A DNA stretch of 64,000 nucleotides from Pseudomonadota bacterium (GCA_049324415.1 JBMOOS010000015.1:12491-76490), one strand, 5' to 3'; shown: positions 48,810-59,047, numbered from the stretch's first letter. Numbers and translations: made by a program. Notes: generated from the letters alone by a model not told the origin.

Positions 48810-50816
48810 TTATGGGGCCGGCACGTCCCGATGGGAAAGGCCGACTTCAAAGCTTAGGCGGCCGGCCAGCGCGCCCACGGCAAGGGCGGCGCGGAAGGCT
48901 TCTCCGGCGCTGGCTTTCAGGCGGTCGGGCAGCGGCGCGCGGGAGCTGACGGTCAAGCTCAAATGGCGGCGGCGGCATGTCCCGCGCAAGCGCAAGCGGC
49001 CAAAGCGGGCGAGTTGCACCTCGAGGAGGAATTCCTGGCCCGGGGCCTCCCTCCCTTCCTCATCGGCCTCTCCCTGACGCCGCCTATCGTCGTTCAAGGG
49101 GCGGGTGAACCAGCTCAATAATTGCAAGCCGGCATCGGTCTGCACCGGCAGGGGCCAAGCCCGCCACTCCGCCTGCGTCGCGCGGTTGGCCTCGGAAAGC
49201 ACCGCCAGGTCCCGTTGCAGCACGGTCCAGGCTTCCTTGCCGCCTTGCGCCATCGCGCGCTCGCGCGCCTCGGCGCCGAGCCAGGCTTCCGCCGAACCAA
49301 GGCCAAGGGCGCGCCAGAGAAAGAGGATGCCGTTGGTCAATTGCGGCCCTGGCTGCGGGATGCGGCGCGCAAGGGCGGCCATCTCGGGCGACGCTTGCAG
49401 GATGGCGAGCACGCTTTGCGCCGCCGGCCAGCCTTGCGGGGCAAGCCGCGGCAAGGGCGGCAAGCCTGGCAACAGGGGCGCGGCCTCGGGCATAAGCGGC
49501 GAGGGCGGTGTCGCTAGCGCCGGCGTCGGCTTTAACGCCTGCGCTGGGGCAACGGTTGGGGTGGGCTCGTCACGCGCAGGTCGGGCGGCAGAATGACCCG
49601 GCGCTGCGGCCGGCCCAGGTTTTTCGGCCCTTTCCGGCGCTCCCGGGGCGGCTGGCAAGGCGTCTTGGGCCTTGATCGCAGCGGCCGCTGGCTCTTCAGA
49701 CTGGCCCCGCGCCAGCATCAGCGCCGTCACCTTGGTGCCGGGGGGAAGCGGGCTGGCGGCATGCAGCGTCAGGATGGTGTTGCCATGGCTCAAGCGCAAG
49801 GGGGCGAGGGAGGGGCGTTTCGCGGCATCGGCGGTGGCCGGCGGCGCGAAGCGTCCGTCTCCGGGCTGGACGATGAAGGTGACGGCCCGGCCGCTTTCGG
49901 CGAGACGGGCAAGAGGGGTTCCCGGCGTTGGCGCGGCGACCGGGGACAGGTCGTCGGCCGGGGTGACGGCGACGACGGTCATGGACAAGGTCTGCCCCGT
50001 CCGGGGGGCGAGGAGTTTTTCAAACGGGGTCGCCGGGGTCGCGGCTTGGCTCTCGACGCCGCTTGCCACCTTGGCGGTCAAGGGCGCGCCGATGTCGAAG
50101 GCGGCCATGAGGCTTGGCTGGCGCGAGACGGGCGCCGCCGCATCGTCGGCTTGCCCGAGCGTTGCCGCGAGGAAGGACACATCGGGTGTCGCGAAGGGCG
50201 ATCGCGGGTCCGGTCCTTGCTGAAGGGTTGGCGGCGGACGCGCGGTCTTGACGACGGCGGCGATCAGGGCCGCGCTATCGACTGGCGGGGCTGGCCGCGC
50301 GGCAAGGCGCGGCGCTGATCCGTCATAGCCCGTCGATAACGGCATTTGCGGTGGCAGCGGCGGATGGTCGAGGCTGGCAAGTCTGGTTCCCTTGAGCGCG
50401 ATCAGGTTGAGGGTGATGGCGATCGGCGGCTCGGCGGCGACGCCGTTGCGCGCGACGACCTTGGCAGCGAGGGACGGGCCCGCCTCGGTGATGATGATTT
50501 CCGCCCGCATATGGACTTCAAGGCCGGCCGTCGGGTCGATGGCGAAGCGGCCGCGCGGGGTCTCCAGGAGCGGATGGCCATCGCCATCGACGCCGATGAT
50601 GGCGCCGGCGAGGCGCTCGCCGGGCTGGACGCCGGCAATGCTGGCGGCGACCGTCACCGCCGGCGGCGGCGCTTTCTGCTCGGCTGGCGCTGCCTGGTCC
50701 TTGCCTTGCTGGCTGGTCGCAGAGGGGTTTTGCCCCCGGGCCTGTCTTTCCTCGCGACCGGCGGTGGGGGCGACGGCGTTGACGGGTGCGGGACCGGGGG
50801 TTGCGACGTCGCTCAT
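48810..50816 (-). CDS. Pro/Ala-rich hypothetical protein, last gene of the flagellar superoperon; C-terminus FliK-like
   Basis: 668-aa ORF. Its ATG (50814-50816) overlaps the flhG stop (ATGA). Protein-like composition rather than Arg-rich antisense junk. The tail FLLEVQLARFGRLRLRG...LSLTVSS...AFRAALAVGALAGRLSFEV resembles the Flg_hook pattern. Confidence 0.6.
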   Translation of the reverse strand: MSDVATPGPAPVNAVAPTAGREERQARGQNPSATSQQGKDQAAPAEQKAPPPAVTVAASIAGVQPGERLAGAIIGVDGDGHPLLETPRGRFAIDPTAGLEVHMRAEIIITEAGPSLAAKVVARNGVAAEPPIAITLNLIALKGTRLASLDHPPLPPQMPLSTGYDGSAPRLAARPAPPVDSAALIAAVVKTARPPPTLQQGPDPRSPFATPDVSFLAATLGQADDAAAPVSRQPSLMAAFDIGAPLTAKVASGVESQAATPATPFEKLLAPRTGQTLSMTVVAVTPADDLSPVAAPTPGTPLARLAESGRAVTFIVQPGDGRFAPPATADAAKRPSLAPLRLSHGNTILTLHAASPLPPGTKVTALMLARGQSEEPAAAAIKAQDALPAAPGAPERAEKPGPAAAPGHSAARPARDEPTPTVAPAQALKPTPALATPPSPLMPEAAPLLPGLPPLPRLAPQGWPAAQSVLAILQASPEMAALARRIPQPGPQLTNGILFLWRALGLGSAEAWLGAEARERAMAQGGKEAWTVLQRDLAVLSEANRATQAEWRAWPLPVQTDAGLQLLSWFTRPLNDDRRRQGEADEEGREAPGQEFLLEVQLARFGRLRLRGTCRRRHLSLTVSSRAPLPDRLKASAGEAFRAALAVGALAGRLSFEVGLSHRDVPAP

Positions 50817-51640
50817 CAGGGGGCCTGGCGGCGGCGTTTGGCGGCGGCAATGAGGGCCTTGGCGAGGGCTTCGACGGCCTGGCTCGCCTCGGTCTGGGGA
50901 TGGCGGGCGAGAAGCGGCGCCTGGTGCCGGATGGCGTCGCTCACCTTGGCGTCGCGCTTGACGATGCCGGCCAGCGGCGGGGTGAACTTCAGGAAATTGG
51001 CGCAGGCGTTCTTCAAGGTTTCATAGGTGGTCTCGCCTTCGCGCTTGTCGCTCGCTTGGTTGACGACGATGTGGAGATTGGCGTCGGGGTCGCGCATGCG
51101 CCGCAGCTTGATGAAGGCATAGGCGTCAGTGAGCGAGGTGGGCTCCGGCGTCACCACCACCAGGTTGGGGCCAGCGTGGCTGGCAAGCGTCGTCACCGCC
51201 ACATCGACGCCGGCGGCAAGGTCGAGGACCACATGGTCATAGTCTTGGGCGGCGGCGACGAGGCTTTGCCGCAGACTGGCAAGACGCTCGCGCGCCAGCA
51301 TCGAGAGCGCGCCCGAGCCCGACTTGCCGGCGAGGATGTCAAAATCGCTCTTTTGCGCCCCGCCGGCGCTGAAATTGGTCAGCGCCTCCTTCAGCGTCAA
51401 GCGGCCGGAGATGACGTCGCCCAGGTCGTGCTCCGGGGTCAGGCCAAGCTGAATGTCGATATTGGCGAGCCCCAAATCGCCGTCGAACAAAAGCACCCGC
51501 CGCCCGGCGCGCGCCAAGGCATGGGCCAGGGTGATGGCAAGCCAGGTCTTGCCCACGCCGCCCTTGCCGGAAGCGATGGTGACAAGGCGCTTTTCGAGGC
51601 TCAGCGGCTGGCGCGCAATGGGGTGCACGGCGGCGGTCAT
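50816..51640 (-). CDS. flhG: MinD/ParA-family flagellar number regulator FlhG (FleN)
   Basis: Deviant Walker A SGKGGVGKT. Directly after flhF, with a 4-nt overlap. Confidence 0.85.
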   Translation of the reverse strand: MTAAVHPIARQPLSLEKRLVTIASGKGGVGKTWLAITLAHALARAGRRVLLFDGDLGLANIDIQLGLTPEHDLGDVISGRLTLKEALTNFSAGGAQKSDFDILAGKSGSGALSMLARERLASLRQSLVAAAQDYDHVVLDLAAGVDVAVTTLASHAGPNLVVVTPEPTSLTDAYAFIKLRRMRDPDANLHIVVNQASDKREGETTYETLKNACANFLKFTPPLAGIVKRDAKVSDAIRHQAPLLARHPQTEASQAVEALAKALIAAAKRRRQAP

Positions 51641-52635
51641 GGCATGGCTTTCTTCTTGAGGCCGCGCAAGCGCGCGGGGTCGGGTTTGGCGATGATGAGA
51701 CGGGCGAGGGCCAGCGGGGTCGGCGGCAGCAGGCTGTCGGCCACATAAGGCCCGGTCGCCAGCGCCGCCAAGGCAAGGCGGCCCTTGTACATGGCGGTGA
51801 TGAGACCGGCGTAGCGGCGCGCCGCGTCGAGCCGGGTCGCGACCATGCGCCGCGCGCCAAGGCTGGAGAAAATGTCGGCCATTTCCGCCGCTTCGAGGGC
51901 ATCGACGCCGGCCGGCAGGACCACCACCGGCTCGGCGCCGGTGAGCTTGACGACGCGGGCGAGGAGCTGCACGTCATCGATGCTGTAGGGATTGACGCCC
52001 ACGGTGTCGATGAGGGTGAGGGCGGCGGGCGCCGCCTGGCCAAGGACGCTGCGCAGCTCCTCCGGGGTCGACGCGGTGCCGACCGACAGGCGCATGAGCT
52101 GGGCGTAATGGTCGAGCTGGGCAAGGCCGCCGGCGCGCACCGTATCCATGGTAAGGAGGCGCGGGATCTGGCCGGCGATGATGGCGTCGGCGGCGAGCTT
52201 GGCGGCGGTCAGCGTCTTGCCGGCGCCGGGCGGGCCGATGAGAAGAAGCGGGCGCTCATGGCGGGCGCCCAAGGCGGCAAAGCCGATGATGGTCTCCAGG
52301 CCGCACGCCAGCCCCTGCGCCAGGTCGCCGCCGTCCATGGCCGAGGCCGCGGTCTGGATGCGGGTGGCGAGCTGGCTCGGGATGCCGTGATAGCGCAGCA
52401 TCGCCGAAAGGGTCTCGCCGTCATAAGGCTGCGCCATGACGGGCGCGGGCGCGGGCGGCGCAAGCTCGGGAAGAGGCTCGGGCTGGCTTGCGCGTCTTTC
52501 CGCAGCGGCCATGACGCGGACGACGCCGGCGCCATCGTCGCTCACGTTGACGATGATGGCTTCCTCGCCCATCTCCTCGCGCACCTTGTCCATGGCGTCC
52601 TTAAGGGTGCGGGCGGTGTAGCTTTTGAGCCGCAT
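51637..52635 (-). CDS. flhF: flagellar biosynthesis GTPase FlhF
   Basis: SRP-type G domain with GPPGAGKT and LIDTVG. Sits between flhA and flhG. Confidence 0.85.
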   Translation of the reverse strand: MRLKSYTARTLKDAMDKVREEMGEEAIIVNVSDDGAGVVRVMAAAERRASQPEPLPELAPPAPAPVMAQPYDGETLSAMLRYHGIPSQLATRIQTAASAMDGGDLAQGLACGLETIIGFAALGARHERPLLLIGPPGAGKTLTAAKLAADAIIAGQIPRLLTMDTVRAGGLAQLDHYAQLMRLSVGTASTPEELRSVLGQAAPAALTLIDTVGVNPYSIDDVQLLARVVKLTGAEPVVVLPAGVDALEAAEMADIFSSLGARRMVATRLDAARRYAGLITAMYKGRLALAALATGPYVADSLLPPTPLALARLIIAKPDPARLRGLKKKAMP

Positions 52636-52650
52636 GCTTTGACGAGGTCC

Positions 52651-54765
52651 CTAGATATGGCCCAAGGCGCGCAGCCGCGCCTTGGGGTGAATTTCGTTTT
52701 GGCTGAGAACGATGGTGGCCGGCCGGAAACGCTCGATGATGGAGCGCACATAAGGACGGATGCCGGGGCTGGTGAGAACGCAGGGCAAGACCCCCATCTG
52801 CGCTTGCCGCTCGAAGGTGCGCTTCACCGCCTCGATGAAAAGCTGCAACTGGCTGGGCGCCATGGCGAGCTGCTTTTCCTCGCCCTGGCCGTGTAGCGAT
52901 TCGATGAATTTCTGCTCCCATTCCGGGGACAGCGTGACGAGCGGGATCACCCCGGCCGCGTCGGCGCAGTCGGCGCAAATCTGCCTGGCCAGGCGGGCCC
53001 TCACATGCTCGGTCATCAGCGTGATGTTCTGGGTATAGGCGGCCGCTTCGGCGATGCCTTCGAGGATCGAGGGCAGGTCGCGGATGGAGACGCGCTCGCT
53101 CAGGAGGTTTTGCAAGATCCGCTGGATGGCGGAAACGCTGACCTGGGAGGGTATGAGGTCGGCCACCAGCTTCTGGTTCTCCTGCGGCAGGTCGTCCAGC
53201 AGCTTGCGCGTCGCGGCATAGCTTAAGAGGTCGGGCATGTTGTCCTTGATCGCCTCGGTGAGATGGGTGGTGATCACCGTCGGCGCCTCGACCACGGTAT
53301 AGCCGCGGAAGGAGGCTTCCTGGCGTTGCCCGGCCTCGATCCACATGGCGGGAAGGCCGAAGGCGGGCTCGAGGGTCTCCTCGCCGGGAAGCTCGACCGG
53401 GTTGCCGCCGGGATCCATGACGAGGAGCATGTTGGGCCGCACCTCGGCGCGCGCCACCACCGTCTCGCGCACCATGATGCGGTATTCCTGGGTGCCGAGC
53501 TGGAAATTGTCGAGGATGCGCACCGAGGGCATGACGAAGCCCAGCTCCTTGGCAAGCTCGCGGCGCAACGCCTTGATCTGGTCGGTGAGGCGATAGCCGG
53601 AATCCTCGTTGACCAGGCTGAGGAGCGAATAGCCGAGCTCGAGACGGATGGGGTCCATGGCGAGCGCGGTGCTGATCGGCTCTTCCAAAGGGGTCGCCTC
53701 GGCGCGCGCTTTTTCCTCTTCCTCGACGCGTTTCTTGGCGGCCTTGGCCGATGCTTGGCGCTGCAGGTGAAAGGCAAAGCCGCCAAGGATGCCCGACAGC
53801 GATACGAAAGGCAGGACTGGCAGGCCGGGCATCAGTCCGATGGCGGCGAGAAGGCCCGACGACACCCACAGCGCGCGGGGATAATGGGAAAGCTGGGCGA
53901 ACAGCGCCTTGTCGGTCTTGCCGGCGACGCCAGCCTTGGTGACGAGGAGGCCGGCGGCGGTGGAGACGATGAGCGCCGGGATCTGGCTGACGAGGCCGTC
54001 GCCGACGGTGAGAACGGTGTAGGTGGAAAAAGCTTGCGAGAAGGCCATGCCCTTGCTCACCGTGCCGACGATGATGCCGACCACGATATTGACGAAGGTG
54101 ATCATGAGGCCGGCGATGGCGTCGCCGCGGACGAATTTCGAGGCGCCGTCCATGGCGCCGTAGAAGGTGGATTCATCCTCCAGCCCGCGCCGCCGCGCCC
54201 GCGCCTGGTCCTCGTTGATGAGGCCGGCGGAAAGGTCGGCATCGATGGCCATCTGCTTTCCCGGCATGGCGTCGAGGCTGAAGCGCGCCGCGACCTCGGC
54301 GATGCGGCCCGAGCCCTTGGTGATGACGACGAAATTGACGATGATGAGGATGGCGAAGATGGTGATGCCGATCACCGTCTCGCCGCCCATCAGGAAAGTG
54401 CCGAAGGCCTCGATCACATGCCCCGCCGCGTGGGTCCCCTCATGCCCGTTGGAGAGAATGAGCCGGGTCGAGGCAAGGTTGAGGCCCAGCCGCATCATGG
54501 TGGCGATGAGGAGGATGGTGGGAAAGGTGGAAAGCTGAAGCGGCTTCTCGATGAACAGGCTGGTCATCAGAATGAGCACCGAGAAGGTGATCGAGACCGC
54601 CAGGGCAAAGTCGAGGAGCCAGGCCGGCATCGGCAGGATGAGCATCAGGATGATGCACATCACGCCCACCGCCAGGGTGACGTCGGAGGAGCGGAAGATT
54701 TGGCTCAGCGCCGCGCTCAGCCCGCTTTCACCCTTGTCCTCGGCGACCGCCGCTTCGTTGGCCAT
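52651..54765 (-). CDS. flhA: flagellar export gate protein FlhA
   Basis: 704 aa. FHIPEP-type N-terminal TM region with KFVRGDAIAG, plus a large cytoplasmic domain. Confidence 0.96.
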   Translation of the reverse strand: MANEAAVAEDKGESGLSAALSQIFRSSDVTLAVGVMCIILMLILPMPAWLLDFALAVSITFSVLILMTSLFIEKPLQLSTFPTILLIATMMRLGLNLASTRLILSNGHEGTHAAGHVIEAFGTFLMGGETVIGITIFAILIIVNFVVITKGSGRIAEVAARFSLDAMPGKQMAIDADLSAGLINEDQARARRRGLEDESTFYGAMDGASKFVRGDAIAGLMITFVNIVVGIIVGTVSKGMAFSQAFSTYTVLTVGDGLVSQIPALIVSTAAGLLVTKAGVAGKTDKALFAQLSHYPRALWVSSGLLAAIGLMPGLPVLPFVSLSGILGGFAFHLQRQASAKAAKKRVEEEEKARAEATPLEEPISTALAMDPIRLELGYSLLSLVNEDSGYRLTDQIKALRRELAKELGFVMPSVRILDNFQLGTQEYRIMVRETVVARAEVRPNMLLVMDPGGNPVELPGEETLEPAFGLPAMWIEAGQRQEASFRGYTVVEAPTVITTHLTEAIKDNMPDLLSYAATRKLLDDLPQENQKLVADLIPSQVSVSAIQRILQNLLSERVSIRDLPSILEGIAEAAAYTQNITLMTEHVRARLARQICADCADAAGVIPLVTLSPEWEQKFIESLHGQGEEKQLAMAPSQLQLFIEAVKRTFERQAQMGVLPCVLTSPGIRPYVRSIIERFRPATIVLSQNEIHPKARLRALGHI

Positions 54766-54778
54766 GGCTTAAGGGACC

Positions 54779-56146
54779 CTAGCCTGCCGCCCGCTGGCTC
54801 TCGCCCGGCGCTGGCACCTCCACCCCATCGGCCTGATAAAGGTTGAGCTTGTTGCGCAAGGTGCGGATCGAGATGCCGAGGATGTTGGCGGCGTGGGTGC
54901 GGTTGCCGAAGCAATGATTGAGAGTGTCGATGATGAGGTCGCGCTCGACCTGGGCGACGGTCCTGCCAACCAGGCTGGTCTCCGCGGCGGCGGCGGCGGA
55001 CACCTCGCCCGGCGCGGCGGCGCCGAGTGTCCCCCCAATGCCGGGACGCGTGCCGTCGGGAAGCAGGATCGCCTCGGCGGCGATGGCCTCTCCGGTGGCA
55101 AGAAGGACGGCGCGGTGGATGGTGTTTTCCAGCTCCCGCACATTGCCTTGCCAGCGGTGCGCCAGCAAGACCGCCATCGCATCGTCGCCAATGGCGCGCT
55201 CGGGCACCGCGTTCATCTGCGCGTATTTCTTGGCGAAGTGGGCGGCGAGGACGCGGATGTCGTCCTTGCGCTCGCGCAAGGGGGGGAGCGCGAGGTTGAC
55301 CACGTTCAAGCGAAAATAAAGATCCTCGCGAAAATCGCCAGCGCTGACCGCCTCCTCCAGATCACGGTTGGAGGTGGCGATGACCCGGATATTGACCTTG
55401 ATCGGCCGGGCGCCGCCGACGCGGTCGATCTCACGCTCCTGCAGGGCGCGCAGCAGCTTGGCTTGCAGACGCAAGTCCATCTCGGAAATTTCATCGAGCA
55501 GCAGGGTGCCGCCGTCGGCTTCCTCGAATTTGCCGATGCGCCGGGCGATGGCGCCGGTGAACGCGCCTTTTTCATGGCCGAAAAGCTCGGATTCGAGGAG
55601 GTTCTCAGGGATCGCGGCGCAATTGACCGAAACGAACTGGCGGTTGGCGCGTGCCGACTTCTTGTGCACGTAGCGCGCGAGGATTTCCTTGCCGGTGCCG
55701 GATTCGCCGGTGATGAGGATCGAGGCTTCCGATTTCGCGAACTGGTCGGCAAGCTTGACCACATGATCCATCGCCCGGTCGCGGTAGATGAGAGGGTGGC
55801 TGTCGTCGGCGACCGCCTCGATCACCGCGGCGATGAGATCGGCGTCCGGCGGCAGCGGGATATATTCCTTGGCGCCGGCCTGGATGGCGCTCACTGCGGC
55901 GCGGGCGTCGGAGCCGATGCCGCAGGCGACCACCGGGGTCGAGATGTATTCCGAGCGCACCTGGTCGATGAAGGCGGCGATCGGCAGGGCGACGTCGATC
56001 ATCACGAGGTCGGCGCCGCGGGCGCGCAACAGATTCTGCGCGGTTTCGATATCGGGCGCGTGGGTCACCTTGGCGCCGTTGGAGATGGCGATGCGGCTCG
56101 CCTCGCTCATTTGACCGCTCAACTGGCCGATGATTAACAAACGCAT
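54779..56146 (-). CDS. flbD: sigma-54-dependent flagellar activator FlbD
   Basis: MRLLIIGQLSGQMSEA receiver-like N-terminus as in Caulobacter FlbD. AAA+ GESGTGKE and ESELFGHEKGAFTGA. C-terminal HTH AANILGISIRTLRNKL. Confidence 0.88.
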   Translation of the reverse strand: MRLLIIGQLSGQMSEASRIAISNGAKVTHAPDIETAQNLLRARGADLVMIDVALPIAAFIDQVRSEYISTPVVACGIGSDARAAVSAIQAGAKEYIPLPPDADLIAAVIEAVADDSHPLIYRDRAMDHVVKLADQFAKSEASILITGESGTGKEILARYVHKKSARANRQFVSVNCAAIPENLLESELFGHEKGAFTGAIARRIGKFEEADGGTLLLDEISEMDLRLQAKLLRALQEREIDRVGGARPIKVNIRVIATSNRDLEEAVSAGDFREDLYFRLNVVNLALPPLRERKDDIRVLAAHFAKKYAQMNAVPERAIGDDAMAVLLAHRWQGNVRELENTIHRAVLLATGEAIAAEAILLPDGTRPGIGGTLGAAAPGEVSAAAAAETSLVGRTVAQVERDLIIDTLNHCFGNRTHAANILGISIRTLRNKLNLYQADGVEVPAPGESQRAAG

Positions 56147-56181
56147 GATCTTCCTCGCTTATTTTTTGATGTTGTCCACGC

Positions 56182-56937
56182 CTAGAAATATTGAACCTGT
56201 TTGTTGGGAGGGAGCAGCGCGTTGAGCGCCATCTCCAGCCGCCGCGGGTTCTCCTGCCGTCCGATGGACACCGCGGTGAGGCTGTAGAGCGATCCCAGAA
56301 GATATTCCGCCTCGCGCCGGCGGTCGGCGCGTGCGGCGAGGGGGAGAAAAACCATGTGCGCCAGCACCGCGCCATAAAATGTGGTGAGAAGGGCGACCGC
56401 CATCGCCGGGCCGATGGCGGCGGGGTCATCGAGGGTGCCTAAGAGCTGCACGAGGCCGATGAGCGTGCCGATGAGCCCCATCGCCGGCGCGACTTCGCCG
56501 GCGCGGCGCAGGATTTCGACGGTGCCGCGATAGCGCGCGGCGGAAGCGACCGTCTCGCGCTCCATCATGCGCTCGATGTCGGCGATTTCGGTGCCGTCGG
56601 CGAGCAGCGAGAGCGCCTTGGCGAGGGCCGGCGCATGGCTGGCGTTGATCGCGCCCGGAAGCTTGATCAGGCCATCGCGACGCGCCCGTTCGGCGAGTTC
56701 GAGCGAGCGGATCGCCGCTTGCGCCGGCTCGTCGCGGGCGCCGAAAAGGAGTGTATGTAGGGCCGCCGGCAATTCCGCCAGCTCCTCGCTGGTGAAGGAG
56801 ATGGCGGTGACTGCGCAGGTGCCGAAAATAACGATGAGAATGCCGGTGCCATTGACGAAAGCGGCCGCCGGCCCACCCATCGCCATGGCAGCGAGGATCA
56901 GGGCAAATCCGGAAATGATGCCGAAGATGGCGGTCAT
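56182..56937 (-). CDS. motA: flagellar stator protein MotA/PomA family
   Basis: 251 aa with 4 TM segments and the MotA/TolQ/ExbB channel region APAMGLIGTLIGLV...TTFYG. No motB is adjacent. Confidence 0.85.
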   Translation of the reverse strand: MTAIFGIISGFALILAAMAMGGPAAAFVNGTGILIVIFGTCAVTAISFTSEELAELPAALHTLLFGARDEPAQAAIRSLELAERARRDGLIKLPGAINASHAPALAKALSLLADGTEIADIERMMERETVASAARYRGTVEILRRAGEVAPAMGLIGTLIGLVQLLGTLDDPAAIGPAMAVALLTTFYGAVLAHMVFLPLAARADRRREAEYLLGSLYSLTAVSIGRQENPRRLEMALNALLPPNKQVQYF

Positions 56938-56964
56938 GAAAAAAGCCTCTTCCCGTCGCCGCGC

Positions 56965-57330
56965 CTAACGCCGTGGCCCCTTGATGATTTCGGTCATGGT
57001 GACGCCGACGTGCTCGTCCACCAGCACCACCTCGCCGCGCGCCACCAGCCGGTTGTTGACATAGATGTCGATCGCCTCGCCGATCTTGCGGTCGAGTTCG
57101 ATGACCGCGCCCGGGGCGAGCTTGAGGAGCTGGCTCACTTCCAGATGGGCGCGCCCCAGCACCGCCTGGACATTGACCGGGACGTCGAAGACCGCTTCCA
57201 GTTCGCTGGAGGCGTGCACTTCCTCTTCATTGGCGTTTTCATTGAGCGCAGCGTTCTCGCCATTGCCTTCCTGCGGCGTCAGGTCGTCAAGATCCAGGTC
57301 CTGGCCGGACGTGTTTTCATCATTGGGCAT
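56965..57330 (-). CDS. fliN: flagellar motor switch protein FliN
   Basis: SpoA domain VNVQAVLGRAHLEVSQLLKLAPGAVIELD...IYVNNRLVARGEVV. ATG 57330; the longer track ORF runs out of frame into fliH. Confidence 0.9.
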   Translation of the reverse strand: MPNDENTSGQDLDLDDLTPQEGNGENAALNENANEEEVHASSELEAVFDVPVNVQAVLGRAHLEVSQLLKLAPGAVIELDRKIGEAIDIYVNNRLVARGEVVLVDEHVGVTMTEIIKGPRR

Positions 57331-58003
57331 GGAGGGTGCCTCCTTTTTCCTCTGGGGCGATGCCGGGCTTTTGCGCGTCCACCGGCGCGCCGTGCAAATA
57401 GCGGTCGATGATGGCGTTGATTTCGGCCTGCAGCGTGGCGCTGCGCCGTTCGACGCCGCCATCGGGCCACTCGACCAGGCAGTCGCCTATTTCGAGCGTG
57501 TCATCGGCGATGAGGATGACCCTGCCGGGATAGCCGGCGGCCTCGGCCATGGCGTCGCTGCGGTTTTTCATGGGCTCGACGAGGTCCTCATGGACCCGGA
57601 TCACCAGGCGCGGCTCGCCATGGCTTAAGCTGAAGCATTCCCGCACCAGCGCCTCGATCTCAGCGAGCGGCTGGCGCTGGACCAATCTTTCTGCGAGGCA
57701 CAGGCCGATGGCGTGCGCCAGACGGGCGCTTTCCGCAGTCAAGGATTGGGAGAGTTTCTGGCGCTCGGCGAAGAGGGTTTTTAGCTGCGCCGCGATGTCC
57801 TCGACAAGGATGGCGGCCCGTGCCTCCAACGCTTCCCGCGCTTGCGCCTTCCCCGCGGCGAGACCGGCCTCATAGCCCGCCTCGCGCGCCGCCGCCAATT
57901 CGGCGTGCCGCCGTTCCAGGGCCAGCTGCTGGCGGTGGGCCGAGCCGCCGTCGAAGCTTTCGTTGAAAGTATATTTGATCGCCTTTTCCATGATCTTGCC
58001 CAA
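57320..58003 (-). CDS. fliH: flagellar assembly protein FliH
   Basis: Position between fliG and fliN. A charged Ala/Glu-rich coiled region followed by a FliH-like C-domain. An alternative ATG start lies at 57991. Confidence 0.7.
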   Translation of the reverse strand: MGKIMEKAIKYTFNESFDGGSAHRQQLALERRHAELAAAREAGYEAGLAAGKAQAREALEARAAILVEDIAAQLKTLFAERQKLSQSLTAESARLAHAIGLCLAERLVQRQPLAEIEALVRECFSLSHGEPRLVIRVHEDLVEPMKNRSDAMAEAAGYPGRVILIADDTLEIGDCLVEWPDGGVERRSATLQAEINAIIDRYLHGAPVDAQKPGIAPEEKGGTLHAQ

Positions 58004-58006
58004 GCC

Positions 58007-59029
58007 TTAATAGATCAGCTCGTCTTCGCCCTTGTTGTCGGAAAGGATGATCTCGCCCGCTTCCGCAAGGTCCTTGGCTTGATTGACCATCGCCATCTGC
58101 GCTTCGTCGACGTCGCGCAGCCGCACCGGGCCCATGGCCTCCATGTCCTCGCGCAGGATTTTCGCCGCGCGTTCCGACATGTTGGAGAAGAAAAGATTGC
58201 GCAGCGCTTCCGAGGCTCCCTTGAGGGCAAGGCCAAGCTTGTCCTTGTCGACATTGCGCAGAAGCGTCTGCACGCCGCCGGGATCGAGCTTGCCCAGATC
58301 CTCGAAGGTGAACATCAAGGCGCGGATGCGTTCGGCGGAGTCCCGGTTGCGCTCCTCCAGCGCGGTAAGGAAGCGGGTTTCCGTCTGGCGATCGAGGAAA
58401 TTGAAAATCTCGGCGATGGTTTCATGGCTGTCGCGCCGCGAGGTGCGCGCCAGGTTGTTCATGAACTCGACGCGCAGCGTCTGCTCGACCTTGTCGAGGA
58501 TGTCCTTTTGCACCGCTTCCATGCGCAGCATGCGCATCACCACTTCCATGGCGAAATCGTCGGGCAGGACGCCGAGAACGCGCGCCGCGTGCTCGGGCTT
58601 GATCTTCTGCAAGACGACGGCGACAGTCTGGGGATATTCATTCTTCAGATAGGCGGCGAGCACCACTTCGTTAACGTTGCCGAGCTTGTCCCACATGGTG
58701 CGCCCGGCGGGGCCGCGGATCTCCTCCATGATCTGGGAAACGCGGTCCTCGGGGAGGACGCGGGCAAGGAGCTTCTCGGTCGATTCGAAGGAGCCGCTGA
58801 GCGAGCCCACCATCGACACCCGGGACGCGAAATCGACGAAAATGCGCTCGACCACGCGGGCATCGACATTGCCCAGAATGGCCATCACCGCGGAAAGGTC
58901 GCGCACTTCCTCCTCGGTGAGATATTGCCAGATGGGTTTGCCGAAATCCTCGCCAAGGGCGAGCATCAGGGCCGCCGCCTTTTCCGGACCGGGCATGGCA
59001 TTGACGGTGCGGGTGATTTCAACACTCAT
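58007..59029 (-). CDS. fliG: flagellar motor switch protein FliG
   Basis: 340 aa with [13 protein letters not shown] and MFTFEDL motifs. Confidence 0.95.
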   Translation of the reverse strand: MSVEITRTVNAMPGPEKAAALMLALGEDFGKPIWQYLTEEEVRDLSAVMAILGNVDARVVERIFVDFASRVSMVGSLSGSFESTEKLLARVLPEDRVSQIMEEIRGPAGRTMWDKLGNVNEVVLAAYLKNEYPQTVAVVLQKIKPEHAARVLGVLPDDFAMEVVMRMLRMEAVQKDILDKVEQTLRVEFMNNLARTSRRDSHETIAEIFNFLDRQTETRFLTALEERNRDSAERIRALMFTFEDLGKLDPGGVQTLLRNVDKDKLGLALKGASEALRNLFFSNMSERAAKILREDMEAMGPVRLRDVDEAQMAMVNQAKDLAEAGEIILSDNKGEDELIY

Positions 59030-59047
59030 CGCGGATTGATCCTTAAC

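Noticed and set aside
52601-54846. 422-aa minus-strand and 527-aa plus-strand ORFs overlapping flhA
   Set aside because: They are out-of-frame or antisense shadows of the strongly conserved flhA gene.
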